From positions 241,706 to 305,705 of the forward strand of contig CAVURJ010000002.1 in assembly GCA_963743885.1 (NCBI GenBank): DNA of 64,000 nucleotides. Reading direction: 5' to 3'. The number at the start of each line of letters is the position of its first letter. Positions within the stretch are counted from its first letter, which is position 1. Position numbers and translations under genes: made by a program. Of this stretch, positions 18,994 to 28,999 are shown piece after piece. The stretch comes from Candidatus Moraniibacteriota bacterium. GTDB taxonomy: Bacteria > Patescibacteriota > Minisyncoccia > Moranbacterales > UBA1568. The notes beneath the pieces were generated by a model. That model was not told the DNA's origin, did not search any database, and saw only the letters and a program-made list of their open reading frames with translations.

Positions 18994-21219
18994 ATGCTTC
19001 ACGATCCATCGCAATATCATCGGCATATCCGGAGCGTGTCGGATATCCAGCCGTCCGGGCAGTCAAAGCCGGCCCAGTGGCCTCCGCGTCCGCTTCAGGA
19101 AGAGCGGGATGTTTTTGTGTCCGTCGCGGAACAGGAGGACCTGTCGGAGCAGAAGAAGCCAGAGATGTCTTTTCAGGGCCGTGACAGCCGCTGGCACGAG
19201 AGCGTCCTCCATGTGTATCCGAGAGAGGAAGCTGTTTCCGAGGGAAAGATCGTTTCACCGGGGCGTCGAGTAGGAGTGGTGTTCTTCATGATCGTTTGCG
19301 CCTCGCTTCTCGGTGCGGCTGCAGTTTCGAGGGGGCTTGAGATACGGGACAAGGTCGTAGAGCAGGGAGAGCTTGGATTCAGTGGTCTTTTGGCGGCTGC
19401 TGATAGCTTGAAAGGAGAACAGTATGGCGTTTCGGCAGAGCATTTCAACTCGGCATACCGGTCATTCGAGCAGGCGGAGTCTGATTTGACGCTTTTGGGG
19501 CGGACGCTTGCGGATGTTTCCGGGTTCATCCCGTTCCTTTCCCAGGCATCTTCTGGCAAGCATGCTATTGAGGCTGGCAAGCATTTCGCTCTTGCTGGCA
19601 TGCAGCTTTCTCGTGCTGCTACTGATATCTCGCTTTCCAGGCAGTCGCAGGCATCGGGCGGGCAGGTATCGATACTCGGTCTCATGGAGCGGGCCAAGGC
19701 ACCGCTTGATGCTGCGGTCGCAGAGCTCGAAGCTGCCGAACAGGAACTCTCGTCCGTCGATGCGGATGATATTCCTGAGGATAAGCGTGAACGCTTCATC
19801 ATGGTTCGTCGTGATCTGCCGATGCTTATCGGGCTCTTCAAGACCTTTCGGGAGCGAGAGACGCTCGTCGAGGAGCTTCTTGGTGGTAATGGCCCGCGCA
19901 AGTATCTCTTCTTGCTTCAGAATAACCACGAAGCCCGCGCTACGGGAGGTTTCATCGGAACGTATGCCCTTCTCGATGTGAACAATGGTTCGGTGCGGCG
20001 ATTCTTCGTCGATGGCATCTTCAATCCTGACGGACAGCTCCGGGAAAAGATCGTGCCACCGAAGCCTATCCAGAAGATCAGTGCCGCATGGAGCCTGCAT
20101 GATAGCAATTGGTTCCCAGATTTCCCTGAGTCAGCAGAGAAGGCGATCTTCTTCTATGAGAAGACTGGCGGGCCGACCGTGGATGGTGTGGTCGCGCTCA
20201 CGCCGACCGTGATGAAGAAGCTGCTTGCTGTCACCGGTCCGATCGACCTCCCGCAGTATGCACTTACGGTTGATGCGGACAATTTCATGACCGTCATTCA
20301 GGAACAGGTCGAGGTGAAGTATGACAAGGAGGAGAATAAGCCCAAGCAGATCTTGGCCGACCTCTCGACCGAGCTGCTTGAGCGGGTCTTCGCATCGCAA
20401 GACCGGGAGACGATTCTCGGGGTGGGGCAGGCGCTCGTAGAGGGGTTGAATGAGAAACATATCCTTCTCTATACCCGGTATCCGGAGACGGAAGCGCTCA
20501 TCGATGCGGCCGGCTGGTCGGGGCGCGTGCTTGAGACGGATAAGGATTATCTCTCGGTCATCCATACTAATATTAACGGGTATAAGACCGATGGAGTGAT
20601 CGATGAGACGATCCGGCATCGGGCCGAGATACAGGAAGACGGATCAGTCATTGATACAGTGACAGTCACGCGCGAGCACAAGGGTGGCGATACGCCGTAT
20701 GACTGGTGGAACAAGGTCAATGCTGACTATCTCCGCGTCTATGTACCACTCGGTTCCGAGCTTCTTTCGGCCAAGGGGGCGACGTGGGAATTTCCGGAAG
20801 CGCCGCTTGATTATGATGCGCTTGGTTTCAAGAGGGATGCCGATGTCGAGCGCGAAGAGGGACGGACGATCGTTGATGAGCGGACCGGTACTCGGATATC
20901 CGAGGATGCTGGCAAGACGGTTTTTGGTGCGTGGGCGTATGTCAGTCCCAAGGAATCCGTGACGGTGGAATACCGCTACCGGCTGCCGTTCCGTGTTGAT
21001 CTTTCTTCGGCTGCGGGCGCTGATTCGTACGCAGTCACCTATCAGAAACAGTCCGGATCAGAAGGGGGGCGGCTCTTCTCGGCGGTCGCGTTTCCTGTTG
21101 GGGCGGAGCCTGTTTGGCAGACTGGTCCGAATCTGGTACGGTATGGGGGAGAGCTCCGATCTGAGTCCGATCTCCGGATCGACCGGTATGTCGGAGCGGT
21201 TTTTCGCAAAAATCGTTAG
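18994..21219 (+). CDS. DUF4012 domain membrane protein
   Basis: YLFLLQNNHEARATGGFIG, DSNWFPDFP, VDGVVA, NINGYKTD, YLRVYVPLGS, QKQSG. Confidence 0.82.
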   Translation: MLHDPSQYHRHIRSVSDIQPSGQSKPAQWPPRPLQEERDVFVSVAEQEDLSEQKKPEMSFQGRDSRWHESVLHVYPREEAVSEGKIVSPGRRVGVVFFMIVCASLLGAAAVSRGLEIRDKVVEQGELGFSGLLAAADSLKGEQYGVSAEHFNSAYRSFEQAESDLTLLGRTLADVSGFIPFLSQASSGKHAIEAGKHFALAGMQLSRAATDISLSRQSQASGGQVSILGLMERAKAPLDAAVAELEAAEQELSSVDADDIPEDKRERFIMVRRDLPMLIGLFKTFRERETLVEELLGGNGPRKYLFLLQNNHEARATGGFIGTYALLDVNNGSVRRFFVDGIFNPDGQLREKIVPPKPIQKISAAWSLHDSNWFPDFPESAEKAIFFYEKTGGPTVDGVVALTPTVMKKLLAVTGPIDLPQYALTVDADNFMTVIQEQVEVKYDKEENKPKQILADLSTELLERVFASQDRETILGVGQALVEGLNEKHILLYTRYPETEALIDAAGWSGRVLETDKDYLSVIHTNINGYKTDGVIDETIRHRAEIQEDGSVIDTVTVTREHKGGDTPYDWWNKVNADYLRVYVPLGSELLSAKGATWEFPEAPLDYDALGFKRDADVEREEGRTIVDERTGTRISEDAGKTVFGAWAYVSPKESVTVEYRYRLPFRVDLSSAAGADSYAVTYQKQSGSEGGRLFSAVAFPVGAEPVWQTGPNLVRYGGELRSESDLRIDRYVGAVFRKNR

Positions 21220-21234
21220 CAAGTAGCTAGTATC

Positions 21235-22890
21235 ATGACGAAAAAGACTTTCGCTGATTTTTTCGCTCGTCTTGGCGGGCCGAGTCGGACGGTCGGTGCG
21301 GCCGCATTTCTTATTGCTGTTGCCGGTGTAGCGAGTCGGATCCTTGGCTTCTTCCGCGACCGCATCCTCGCGTCGCAGTTCGGAGCGGGCGATACGCTTG
21401 ATGCGTATTACGCCGCTTTCCGCATTCCTGATATACTCTACGGACTTTTGGTGGCCGGGGCGCTCTCGGCGGCGTTCATCCCGGTCTTTACGGAGTTTAT
21501 TGCTAAGAAAGATGAAGCCCGTGCTTGGCGCCTGGCTGATGGCGTGCTGCATCTCTTGATGGCTGCACTCGGCATCCTGGCGGTCTTCGGTATCATCTTC
21601 GCTTCTGAGCTCATGGCATGGATTGCTCCTGGGTTTTCCGACGAGAAGCGTGCTGCTGCTGCGGAACTGACGAGGATTATGCTCCTGTCACCCATCTTTC
21701 TTTCGGTGAGCGCGGTCTTTGGCGGCATTCTCATCTCCTTCAAGCGCTTTGCCGCCTATTCATTTGCGCCGATCTTCTACAATGCCGGCATCATCTTCGG
21801 CGCGGTCTTTCTTGTACCGTCTTTCGGCATCGTGGGTCTCGGCTGGGGCGTCGTGCTCGGCTCGTTCCTTCATATGCTCATCCAGGTGCCGTCGCTCATC
21901 CAGTCAGGCTTCCAGTACCGTTTCCAGTTGTCGTCGGCCTGGCGCGATCGGGATGTTCGGCGTGTGCTCAAGCTCATGATCCCGAGGAGTCTCGGTATGG
22001 CAGCCAATCAGATCGGCCTTCTCGTCATGACGGTCTTCGCGTCGCTTCTTGCTTCCGGCAGCTTGGCAGCCTTCACGCTGGCCAATAATATCCAGAGCGT
22101 CCCTTTGGGGCTCTTTGGCATCGCATTCTCGCTCGCGGCCTTCCCGTCGCTCTCGCTCCTGCTCGCTGAGAACAAGGAGAAGGATTTCTTCCTGATGCTT
22201 GCCGAGACGTCGCGGCGGATCCTTTTCTTTGTCGTGCCGCTTTCCGTCATCATGATCGTCTTTCGGGCGCAGTTCGTTCGTGTCATCCTCGGTGCCGGCG
22301 AGTTCGATTGGAATGATACCATCATGACGTTCGAGATCCTCAAGTGGCTCTCGGTGAGCCTCTTCGCACAGAGCCTGATCCCACTCTTTGCTCGCGCCTT
22401 CTTCGCGCTGCAGGATACTAAGACGCCGTTCTATATCGCGCTCGGGAGCGAGGCGCTCCATATCCTCCTCATACCGGTGCTCATCCCGTACTATTCCGCC
22501 GAGGCGTTGGCGATTGCCTTTTCGGCCGCGAGCATCCTCAATTGCGTACTGCTCTATGTCTTTTTGCGGCGGAGGATCGGCGTCTGGGATGATAGTCGGA
22601 TCTTCCTGCCGACGGCGAAGATCTTCCTAGCAGCCATCGCCGCGGGTCTCATCGCGCAGATCTCGAAATCCGTCTTCGCGCTTACGACCAATGAGCTCGA
22701 TACGTTCGTCGAGGTGTTCCTCCAGCTCGTGACTGGCCTTCTGATCGGTGGTGGCGCCTTCATCGCGCTGTGCTACTGGCTTGAAGTGGATGAGCTCCGC
22801 ATGATTCGCCGGTTCATCTTCTGCAAGATCCTGCGCCAGCCGGAGACGGCCGTGATAGCCGAAGACCATCCGGAGCGCGGCGACTGGTAG
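21235..22890 (+). CDS. murJ: Lipid II flippase MurJ/MviN
   Basis: SRILGFFRD, DAYYAAFRIPD, GALSAAFIPVF, many TM helices. Confidence 0.93.
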   Translation: MTKKTFADFFARLGGPSRTVGAAAFLIAVAGVASRILGFFRDRILASQFGAGDTLDAYYAAFRIPDILYGLLVAGALSAAFIPVFTEFIAKKDEARAWRLADGVLHLLMAALGILAVFGIIFASELMAWIAPGFSDEKRAAAAELTRIMLLSPIFLSVSAVFGGILISFKRFAAYSFAPIFYNAGIIFGAVFLVPSFGIVGLGWGVVLGSFLHMLIQVPSLIQSGFQYRFQLSSAWRDRDVRRVLKLMIPRSLGMAANQIGLLVMTVFASLLASGSLAAFTLANNIQSVPLGLFGIAFSLAAFPSLSLLLAENKEKDFFLMLAETSRRILFFVVPLSVIMIVFRAQFVRVILGAGEFDWNDTIMTFEILKWLSVSLFAQSLIPLFARAFFALQDTKTPFYIALGSEALHILLIPVLIPYYSAEALAIAFSAASILNCVLLYVFLRRRIGVWDDSRIFLPTAKIFLAAIAAGLIAQISKSVFALTTNELDTFVEVFLQLVTGLLIGGGAFIALCYWLEVDELRMIRRFIFCKILRQPETAVIAEDHPERGDW

Positions 22891-22903
22891 AGAGAATTAT
22901 GTA

Positions 22904-23089
22904 AGTAATTCTCTCAGATCTTATGTCTCAAGAAAATTTTCGGATTTCGAGGGGAAAACCTTTGAAGAAGCGAGGAGGGCTATCAAGATAACCTGACGAG
23001 CTTTGAAAGGTTTTACACCGAAATCTGAATATTTTATGAGACAAGCCGATTCTTTCTTTTTTGGTGGCGGTGAGATTGAGAGAATTACT
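22904..23089 (+). repeat. ~186-bp structured element (copy 2)
   Basis: Colinear homologue of 6232-6418 with compensatory stem changes. Confidence 0.85.
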
Positions 23090-23143
23090 AAAAAAACATC
23101 CCCGGGACTATTCAAGTCTCGGGGTTTTTGATAAGGAGGTGAT

Positions 23144-23371
23144 TCAGCTGGCTGTAGAAAACGGCGCAAAGGCTTTGATGGGGCGTGCTTTGTGCTGTGC
23201 CGCACTGGCTGTTCTCGGCGGATCTATCGTCAGCTGTTGCTCGTGTCTGCAGTGGTCACAGTAGTAAACACGTGTGATGCGCGGACCCATCGGCGTGGAT
23301 ATCCGGGAGTTTTCCCGGAAATATTGCATGGGGATGCCGCAGTGACAGATGAGGTCAGAACCGGATGACAT
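23144..23371 (-). CDS. Small Cys-rich (Zn-ribbon-like) hypothetical protein (ORFan cassette)
   Basis: CHCG...CDHC; AAGGA SD; promoter TTGACA-17-TAGACT at 23427-23455; terminator near 23090-23128. Confidence 0.5.
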   Translation of the reverse strand: MSSGSDLICHCGIPMQYFRENSRISTPMGPRITRVYYCDHCRHEQQLTIDPPRTASAAQHKARPIKAFAPFSTAS

Positions 23372-23451
23372 GTATCGTCCTTTCGTAAGTGGTGATCAAA
23401 AAAAAGAACTGCAAAAATACTTTTCCAGTCTACGGAAAATTTGAATAACTG

Positions 23452-25566
23452 TCAAAGCTTCGCCTTGCTGATCCGGATGCGGGCATCGAGAACGCGGAAA
23501 TCATCTGCATCAGGGAAGGCGAGCAAGGGATTGATATCGAGCTCCTCGATCTCCGGGAAGTCCTCTGTGAGGCGCGAGAGGCGTCCGATGAAGCTCTCAA
23601 GCACCGGAAGGTCGACACCTTGCTTGCCGCGCGTGCCGGAGAGGAGCGGGAAGACACGGAGTTCATGGAGCATCTCGAAGGCGTCTTCGCGCGTGAGTGG
23701 GGAGAAGCGGAATGAGACGTCCTTGAAAGTCTCGACGTAGATGCCGCCGAGGCCTGCCATGACAAGGTTTCCGAGGCCTGGCTCTTTCTTCATGCCGAGG
23801 ATGATCTCACGTCCTCCGGCACGGGCCATCTCTACGATGAGCGCTCCTTCGAGTCTGGCACGTGGCGCGCGGTCCGCTACCTGGGACATGAGGCGTTCGT
23901 AGGCGCCTGCTGCTTGTCCGGGGGCGATATCGAGGATGACCCCACCCGCATCGGATTTGTGTGTGATATCTGGTGAGACGATCTTAAGTGCGACCTGGGT
24001 ACCGAGCTCTGTGGCTGCTGCTTCGGCCTCTTCGGGACTTCGGACGAAACAGCTCCGGAGCAGCGGGAACCCGTAGGCCTCGAGGACATCGTAGGCTTCG
24101 GATTCGGTGAGTGATGTACGGCCGTCTTTTTTTGTTTTGGCGAAGACGGCAGCAGCTCGCTCCCGGTCGATGTCATTGAAAGAGAAGCGGGTCTCAGCGA
24201 GGGACCGATGCCAGGAGGCTATCTGTGCGAGGGCGGCGCAGGCTCGGGCGCCGGCTTCTGGATATTGGAAGCGGGCGACGGAGCGTTTGTCGAGGATTGT
24301 GCTTCCTTCGGCGAGCGAGGCATCACCGGAGAAGATTGCAATGACGGGCTTTCCGGTTCGTTCTTTGGCGAGAGTGATCGCTTCGGCGGTCTTCGCTGCT
24401 TCGGTCATGGTCTGTGGTGTGACGATGACAAGGATCATATCAGCCTGTTCATCGGCCGTGACGGCCTCAAGCGCTGCCTGGTAGCGCTCGGCGAGTGCAT
24501 CCCCGAGAACGTCGACAGGATTGTGCGAGCTGGCAGCTCCCGGAAGTGCGGCGCGGAGCGCGGCCTCGGTCTCTTGGGAGAGCGCGGCCATGACGAGGCC
24601 GCTCTTCACGGCAGCGTCGGTGGCGAGTACACCCAAACCTCCGGCATTCGTGATGATCGCGAGCCGGTTCCCTTGAGGCAGAGGATTTTTTGAGAAGGCA
24701 GTGATGAGTTGGAGCAGGTGTTCCAGGTCGTCTGCGCGGAGCATTCTGGCTTGGTGGAAGAGGGCACGGTAGGCCTCATCGCTACCAGCGAGCGATCCGG
24801 TGTGTGAGCTTGAGGCACCAGCACCAGCAGCCGTTGTGCCGGACTTGAGCGCGATGACTGGTTTTGGATCGTTTTCGCGGATGAGATCTCGTCCTGTCCG
24901 GATGAGGGCGGCACCGTCGGTCAGGCCTTCGGTATAGAAGGCGATCGCCCGAGTAGCCTCATCATCGGCGAAGTGCCGGAGGAGTTCCTGCTCGCCGAGG
25001 ACGGCTTTGTTGCCATCGCTTACGAAATGCGAGAAGCCGACCGTGTCGCCGGCGAGGTCGAGGAGGGCAGTGCAGAGGGCGCCGCTCTGTGAGAAGAAGG
25101 CGGTCGAGCCTCCTTTCGGCATGCGTTTTGCGAATGAGGCATTGAGAGAGATTTCGGGCCGGAGGAAGCCGAGACAGTTTGGACCGAGGAGTGCCAAGTC
25201 GTGCTCGCGAGCGATTGCGATGATCTCTTCTTCGAGTTTCCGCCCGTTTTCGCCGGTCTCTTTAAATCCAGCAGAGATGATGATGGCGGCGCGCGCTCCT
25301 TTGGCGCAAGCGGCGCGGAGTACCGAAGGGACGATCGCGGCGGGGACGATGATGATGGCGAGTTCTATGTCTCCTGGTATCTCCGAGATATCCCCGTAAC
25401 AGGGGAGATCGAAGAGTGTATCGGCTTTCGGGTTGACCGGGTAGACCAGGCCGGCGTAGCCGCCTTTGACGATATTTTCGGTCAGGGTCCAGCCGACGGT
25501 ACCCGGCTTGGTCGAGGCACCGATGATGGCGATGGAGCGGGGGGAGAAGAGGGAATCAAGATGCAT
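23452..25566 (-). CDS. Acetate/acyl-CoA ligase (ADP-forming), fused alpha-beta
   Basis: PRSIAIIGAS, GPNCLG, SQSGA, SHTGSLAG, NAGG, NPVD, HKSDAGGV, DINPL. Confidence 0.93.
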   Translation of the reverse strand: MHLDSLFSPRSIAIIGASTKPGTVGWTLTENIVKGGYAGLVYPVNPKADTLFDLPCYGDISEIPGDIELAIIIVPAAIVPSVLRAACAKGARAAIIISAGFKETGENGRKLEEEIIAIAREHDLALLGPNCLGFLRPEISLNASFAKRMPKGGSTAFFSQSGALCTALLDLAGDTVGFSHFVSDGNKAVLGEQELLRHFADDEATRAIAFYTEGLTDGAALIRTGRDLIRENDPKPVIALKSGTTAAGAGASSSHTGSLAGSDEAYRALFHQARMLRADDLEHLLQLITAFSKNPLPQGNRLAIITNAGGLGVLATDAAVKSGLVMAALSQETEAALRAALPGAASSHNPVDVLGDALAERYQAALEAVTADEQADMILVIVTPQTMTEAAKTAEAITLAKERTGKPVIAIFSGDASLAEGSTILDKRSVARFQYPEAGARACAALAQIASWHRSLAETRFSFNDIDRERAAAVFAKTKKDGRTSLTESEAYDVLEAYGFPLLRSCFVRSPEEAEAAATELGTQVALKIVSPDITHKSDAGGVILDIAPGQAAGAYERLMSQVADRAPRARLEGALIVEMARAGGREIILGMKKEPGLGNLVMAGLGGIYVETFKDVSFRFSPLTREDAFEMLHELRVFPLLSGTRGKQGVDLPVLESFIGRLSRLTEDFPEIEELDINPLLAFPDADDFRVLDARIRISKAKL

Positions 25567-25693
25567 ATTTTTTTCGTTGTTTTTCTTTTTCAGAAGCCAA
25601 AAACATCTCTTATTGTAACGGAAAATCGGTCTCTTGACAAAATCGCTATAATTTGCTAGGATGACAGGTCTAAAAATTGTCCTCATTACGTAT

Positions 25694-26650
25694 ATGTTTG
25701 ACCGCAAGTTTTGGCTTTCTAAAGAGGTTTTGCTGACGTTCGCTTTCGTTGCGCTTATCGTCGCGCCGTTGGCCGTTTTCGGCGGGCAGAAGACGATCTA
25801 TGTCGATAAGGACGCGTCTGGCGATCAGACCGGATCCGCTTCGCACCCGTACAAATCCATCTCCAAGGCGCTCAAGAACGCCGATGAGGGCGATGTAGTC
25901 CGCATCAAGGGTGGAGAGTACAAGGAAAACATCACTATCCCGAAGGAAGTGAAGGTCGTGAGCAGCAAGGGTGATCGGGATAAAGTGACTATCAAGGCCG
26001 ATAACAATGATCAGCCGACGATCGTGATGAAGCACGGTTCTGAGCTTGAGTCTGTCACTGTGAAGGGTGGGCGCTATGGCATCCGTATCGCGGAAGACGC
26101 CAAAGCGCACATCTATGATGTGACCGTTAAGGATAGCTCGCGCGATGGTATCCATATTGATGCAGCCAAGACTGACAAGAAACATCGCGTGATCATCGAC
26201 AAGACGACCGTCAAGAATAATGCCCGTGCCGGTGTCTATTCTGAGAAGCGCGATATCGTGATCGTGAACAGTGATATCATCAGCAATGGTTCTGATGGCA
26301 TCGATTTCGCAGCTGGTACCGAGGCGTGGTTCGAGGATAGCCGTTTCAATAGCAACAAGGGTAGCGGCATGAAGCTTGTGATTGACGGTTCTTCCATCTG
26401 GGGCAAGAAGAATAGCATCCGCTATAACGGTCGCGAGGGCGTCGAGGTGAATGCGTACGGAGCAGCCGGCGATGTCGGCTTCAAGAGGACTGCGTTCATC
26501 GATAACGGGCACTATGGTGTTTCCAAGGTGGCTCGTACAGCGGCTGCGCTCACATCATTCGGCAACGTGTCCTTTGGGACAGGTGTCAATGTCGATCGTT
26601 TCGAGAGCAATGCATTTGGCAACACTTCTCGGATTATCCGCGGTTTTTAA
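25694..26650 (+). CDS. Secreted right-handed beta-helix repeat protein (DUF1565-like)
   Basis: Signal peptide, IYVD...GSASHPYKSISKAL, G-x-Y-KENI, repeated N..GI motifs. Confidence 0.75.
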   Translation: MFDRKFWLSKEVLLTFAFVALIVAPLAVFGGQKTIYVDKDASGDQTGSASHPYKSISKALKNADEGDVVRIKGGEYKENITIPKEVKVVSSKGDRDKVTIKADNNDQPTIVMKHGSELESVTVKGGRYGIRIAEDAKAHIYDVTVKDSSRDGIHIDAAKTDKKHRVIIDKTTVKNNARAGVYSEKRDIVIVNSDIISNGSDGIDFAAGTEAWFEDSRFNSNKGSGMKLVIDGSSIWGKKNSIRYNGREGVEVNAYGAAGDVGFKRTAFIDNGHYGVSKVARTAAALTSFGNVSFGTGVNVDRFESNAFGNTSRIIRGF

Positions 26651-26686
26651 CCCGCCGTCAGCTCGAGCTGGCATAACAAGGAGGAT

Positions 26687-27853
26687 ATGCGAATAGCGTT
26701 CATCGGCCAGAAGGGGATTCCGGCGGTGTCCGGCGGTGTCGAGAGGCACGTCGAGAAGCTTTCGACGCGTCTCGCCGCTCAAGGGCACGAGGTCTTCGTC
26801 TATGTCCGGTCCCACTATACCGATCCGCAGCTCGCGGAATATGACGGCGTGAAGCTCGTCCATATCCCGAGTATCCGCACCAAGCACCTGGATGCCATCT
26901 CGCACGCGTTCCTGTCGACTGTGCACGTGCTCTTCCAGAATTACGATGTCGTCCATTACCAGTCGATCGGACCGAGCGTCCTTTCGATCATTCCGAGGAT
27001 CTTCCGTCCTGGTATGCGGGTCATCGCGACGTTCCACAGCCGCGATTATTTCCATAAGAAGTGGGGGCTTTTTGCTCGGCTTTGTCTGCGTTTCGGCGAG
27101 CGCGCTACGTGCTCTTTCCCAGAGCGGACGATTGCTATCAGTGAGACGCTCACGGCGCATGCCAAGCGGGCTTATGGCTGCGATGCGGTTTTCATCCCGA
27201 ATGGAGCTGAAGTCGATCATGAGGCTGATCCGGCCTTGCTGCGGAAGTTCGGGCTTCGTCCGGAGCGTTACATCCTGTCGGTGAGCCGCCTGGTTCAGCA
27301 CAAGGGCATCCACTATCTCATCAAGGCATTCCGCGAGCTTGAGGATTTGAATAAGCTTCCGAATAACACGAAGCTGGTCATTGTCGGCACGCACGCCGAG
27401 ACGCCGGAATACGAGCAGTATCTCAAGGTGATGGCCGAGGGCCATCCAAATATCCTCCTTGTTGGTGAGCAGAAGGGTAAGGAGCTCGCAGCGCTCTTCG
27501 CGCATGCAGCGCTCTTCGTCCAGCCGTCCGAAGATGAGGGTCTTTCGATCGCACTTCTCGAAGCCATGAACTACGGGCTGCCGGCGATCGTGAGCGATAT
27601 TCCTGCCAATATGGAAGCGGTGCGCGGCGATGCCGGTATCTCGTTTAAATCAGAAGATGTCGAGGATCTCAAGCGCCAGCTCGCGTACTATATGAATCGT
27701 CTCGAAGAAGCGGCTATCATCGGTCGTGTCGCCCGCGAACGGGCTGAGGAACGCTACAGCTGGGATGCTATCGCGCTTCAGACTGAGGAAGTCTACCAGG
27801 AACTCGTTATGAATGGAGGAGCCAAACGCTATGCGCATGTCCGTACGAAATAA
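26687..27853 (+). CDS. Glycosyltransferase family 4
   Basis: MRIAFIGQKGIP..SGGVE, EGLSIALLEAM. Confidence 0.92.
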   Translation: MRIAFIGQKGIPAVSGGVERHVEKLSTRLAAQGHEVFVYVRSHYTDPQLAEYDGVKLVHIPSIRTKHLDAISHAFLSTVHVLFQNYDVVHYQSIGPSVLSIIPRIFRPGMRVIATFHSRDYFHKKWGLFARLCLRFGERATCSFPERTIAISETLTAHAKRAYGCDAVFIPNGAEVDHEADPALLRKFGLRPERYILSVSRLVQHKGIHYLIKAFRELEDLNKLPNNTKLVIVGTHAETPEYEQYLKVMAEGHPNILLVGEQKGKELAALFAHAALFVQPSEDEGLSIALLEAMNYGLPAIVSDIPANMEAVRGDAGISFKSEDVEDLKRQLAYYMNRLEEAAIIGRVARERAEERYSWDAIALQTEEVYQELVMNGGAKRYAHVRTK

Positions 27854-28901
27854 CATCTCATTGTTCGCGAGGGCGTGGGGGAAGATTTTCCTCATCACGT
27901 TGTTTTTCGTGTGCGCCGCATCCGCGCTCTTTTTCCTGGATATGTTCCGCAGCTATGAGGCTGATGTTCGCATCTTGGTCGTCAGCCGTTCGGCATCGGT
28001 CAATCCGGAGCAGGCAGCTGCCAATCTGGCTGCGCTCGTCGGGACACTTCCGTTCCATGATCGTGTGGTCGCGGACGATCTGCTTGGTGATCCACTCGAA
28101 GGCTATCCGCAGGCTGATCGCCGCGCCCGTTGGAATGATGCGGTCCGTGCTGAGCATGAGGTGGGGAATAGCGTCATTGTCGTGACAGCCGCTGGAGAGG
28201 ATCCTGAGGAGGCGCGGCAGCTCGCTGCCCACGTCTCGAAGACGCTCTTCGGGATGGCTGGTCTGTATTATGATGTGAAGGCGGATATCGATGTCCGTGC
28301 TATCGATGGGCCGATCGCCGAGACGGTGGTCACACAGCCGTTCGCTTATGCGGCAGTGAGTTTCCTTTCTGCGTTTCTGGTGACAGCTGGTTTCTTCGGT
28401 ATCCTTATCATGCTTCCAGGCATGTTTGGCCGTGCACGGGAGAACCGGAGTGCGGAACCGGCGCATGATGGCGCATACCATGTCGTCTCTGAATATGGAG
28501 TCGGCGATGCTGTGCCGTATATTGATCCGCGCAAGTTTATCCCGACGCGGCCGACGTCATTGCCGTTTGAGAACGCTTATCCGGAGACGCATGCAGCGCC
28601 TGTCGCGCCGGCTGCCAAGGCGGCTGCGCCGGCCAATCTGCCGATCGCGGACGACGCTTTCGATCTGCCAGTGTCTGATGAACCGCTCCCGTTCACGTTT
28701 GAAGAGACTGGTTCTTCGGAAGAATATCCGGTAGCTGATCTTCCGTTCCGCGGCGAACACGAAGTGGACGAAGAGGCGGCTTCGGAGAATATGATTATGG
28801 GCGGAGAGGAATTCCATGCCCATGAGGCGGAAGAGCGGGGTGAGCCGACTGTCGAGGAATACAAGCGCCGGCTGAATGAACTCCTTGGAGGAGGTCGCTA
28901 A
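27831..28901 (+). CDS. Wzz/CapA-like polysaccharide co-polymerase homologue with acidic tail
   Basis: TM - periplasmic loop - TM topology, YEA..RILV after TM1, in glycan locus; start uncertain. Confidence 0.55.
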   Translation: MRMSVRNNISLFARAWGKIFLITLFFVCAASALFFLDMFRSYEADVRILVVSRSASVNPEQAAANLAALVGTLPFHDRVVADDLLGDPLEGYPQADRRARWNDAVRAEHEVGNSVIVVTAAGEDPEEARQLAAHVSKTLFGMAGLYYDVKADIDVRAIDGPIAETVVTQPFAYAAVSFLSAFLVTAGFFGILIMLPGMFGRARENRSAEPAHDGAYHVVSEYGVGDAVPYIDPRKFIPTRPTSLPFENAYPETHAAPVAPAAKAAAPANLPIADDAFDLPVSDEPLPFTFEETGSSEEYPVADLPFRGEHEVDEEAASENMIMGGEEFHAHEAEERGEPTVEEYKRRLNELLGGGR

Positions 28902-28984
28902 TAAATTTTAAATTTCCAATTTTAAATTTTTAAAATTCAGAAATTGGGGATTATTTTAAAATTAAGAATTTAAAATTTAAAATT
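28902..28984. repeat. AT-rich heptamer-period inverted array
   Basis: taaattt taaattt ccaattt taaattt ... aaaatta agaattt aaaattt aaaatta. Confidence 0.7.
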
Positions 28985-28999
28985 AGCATCGGAAATCCT

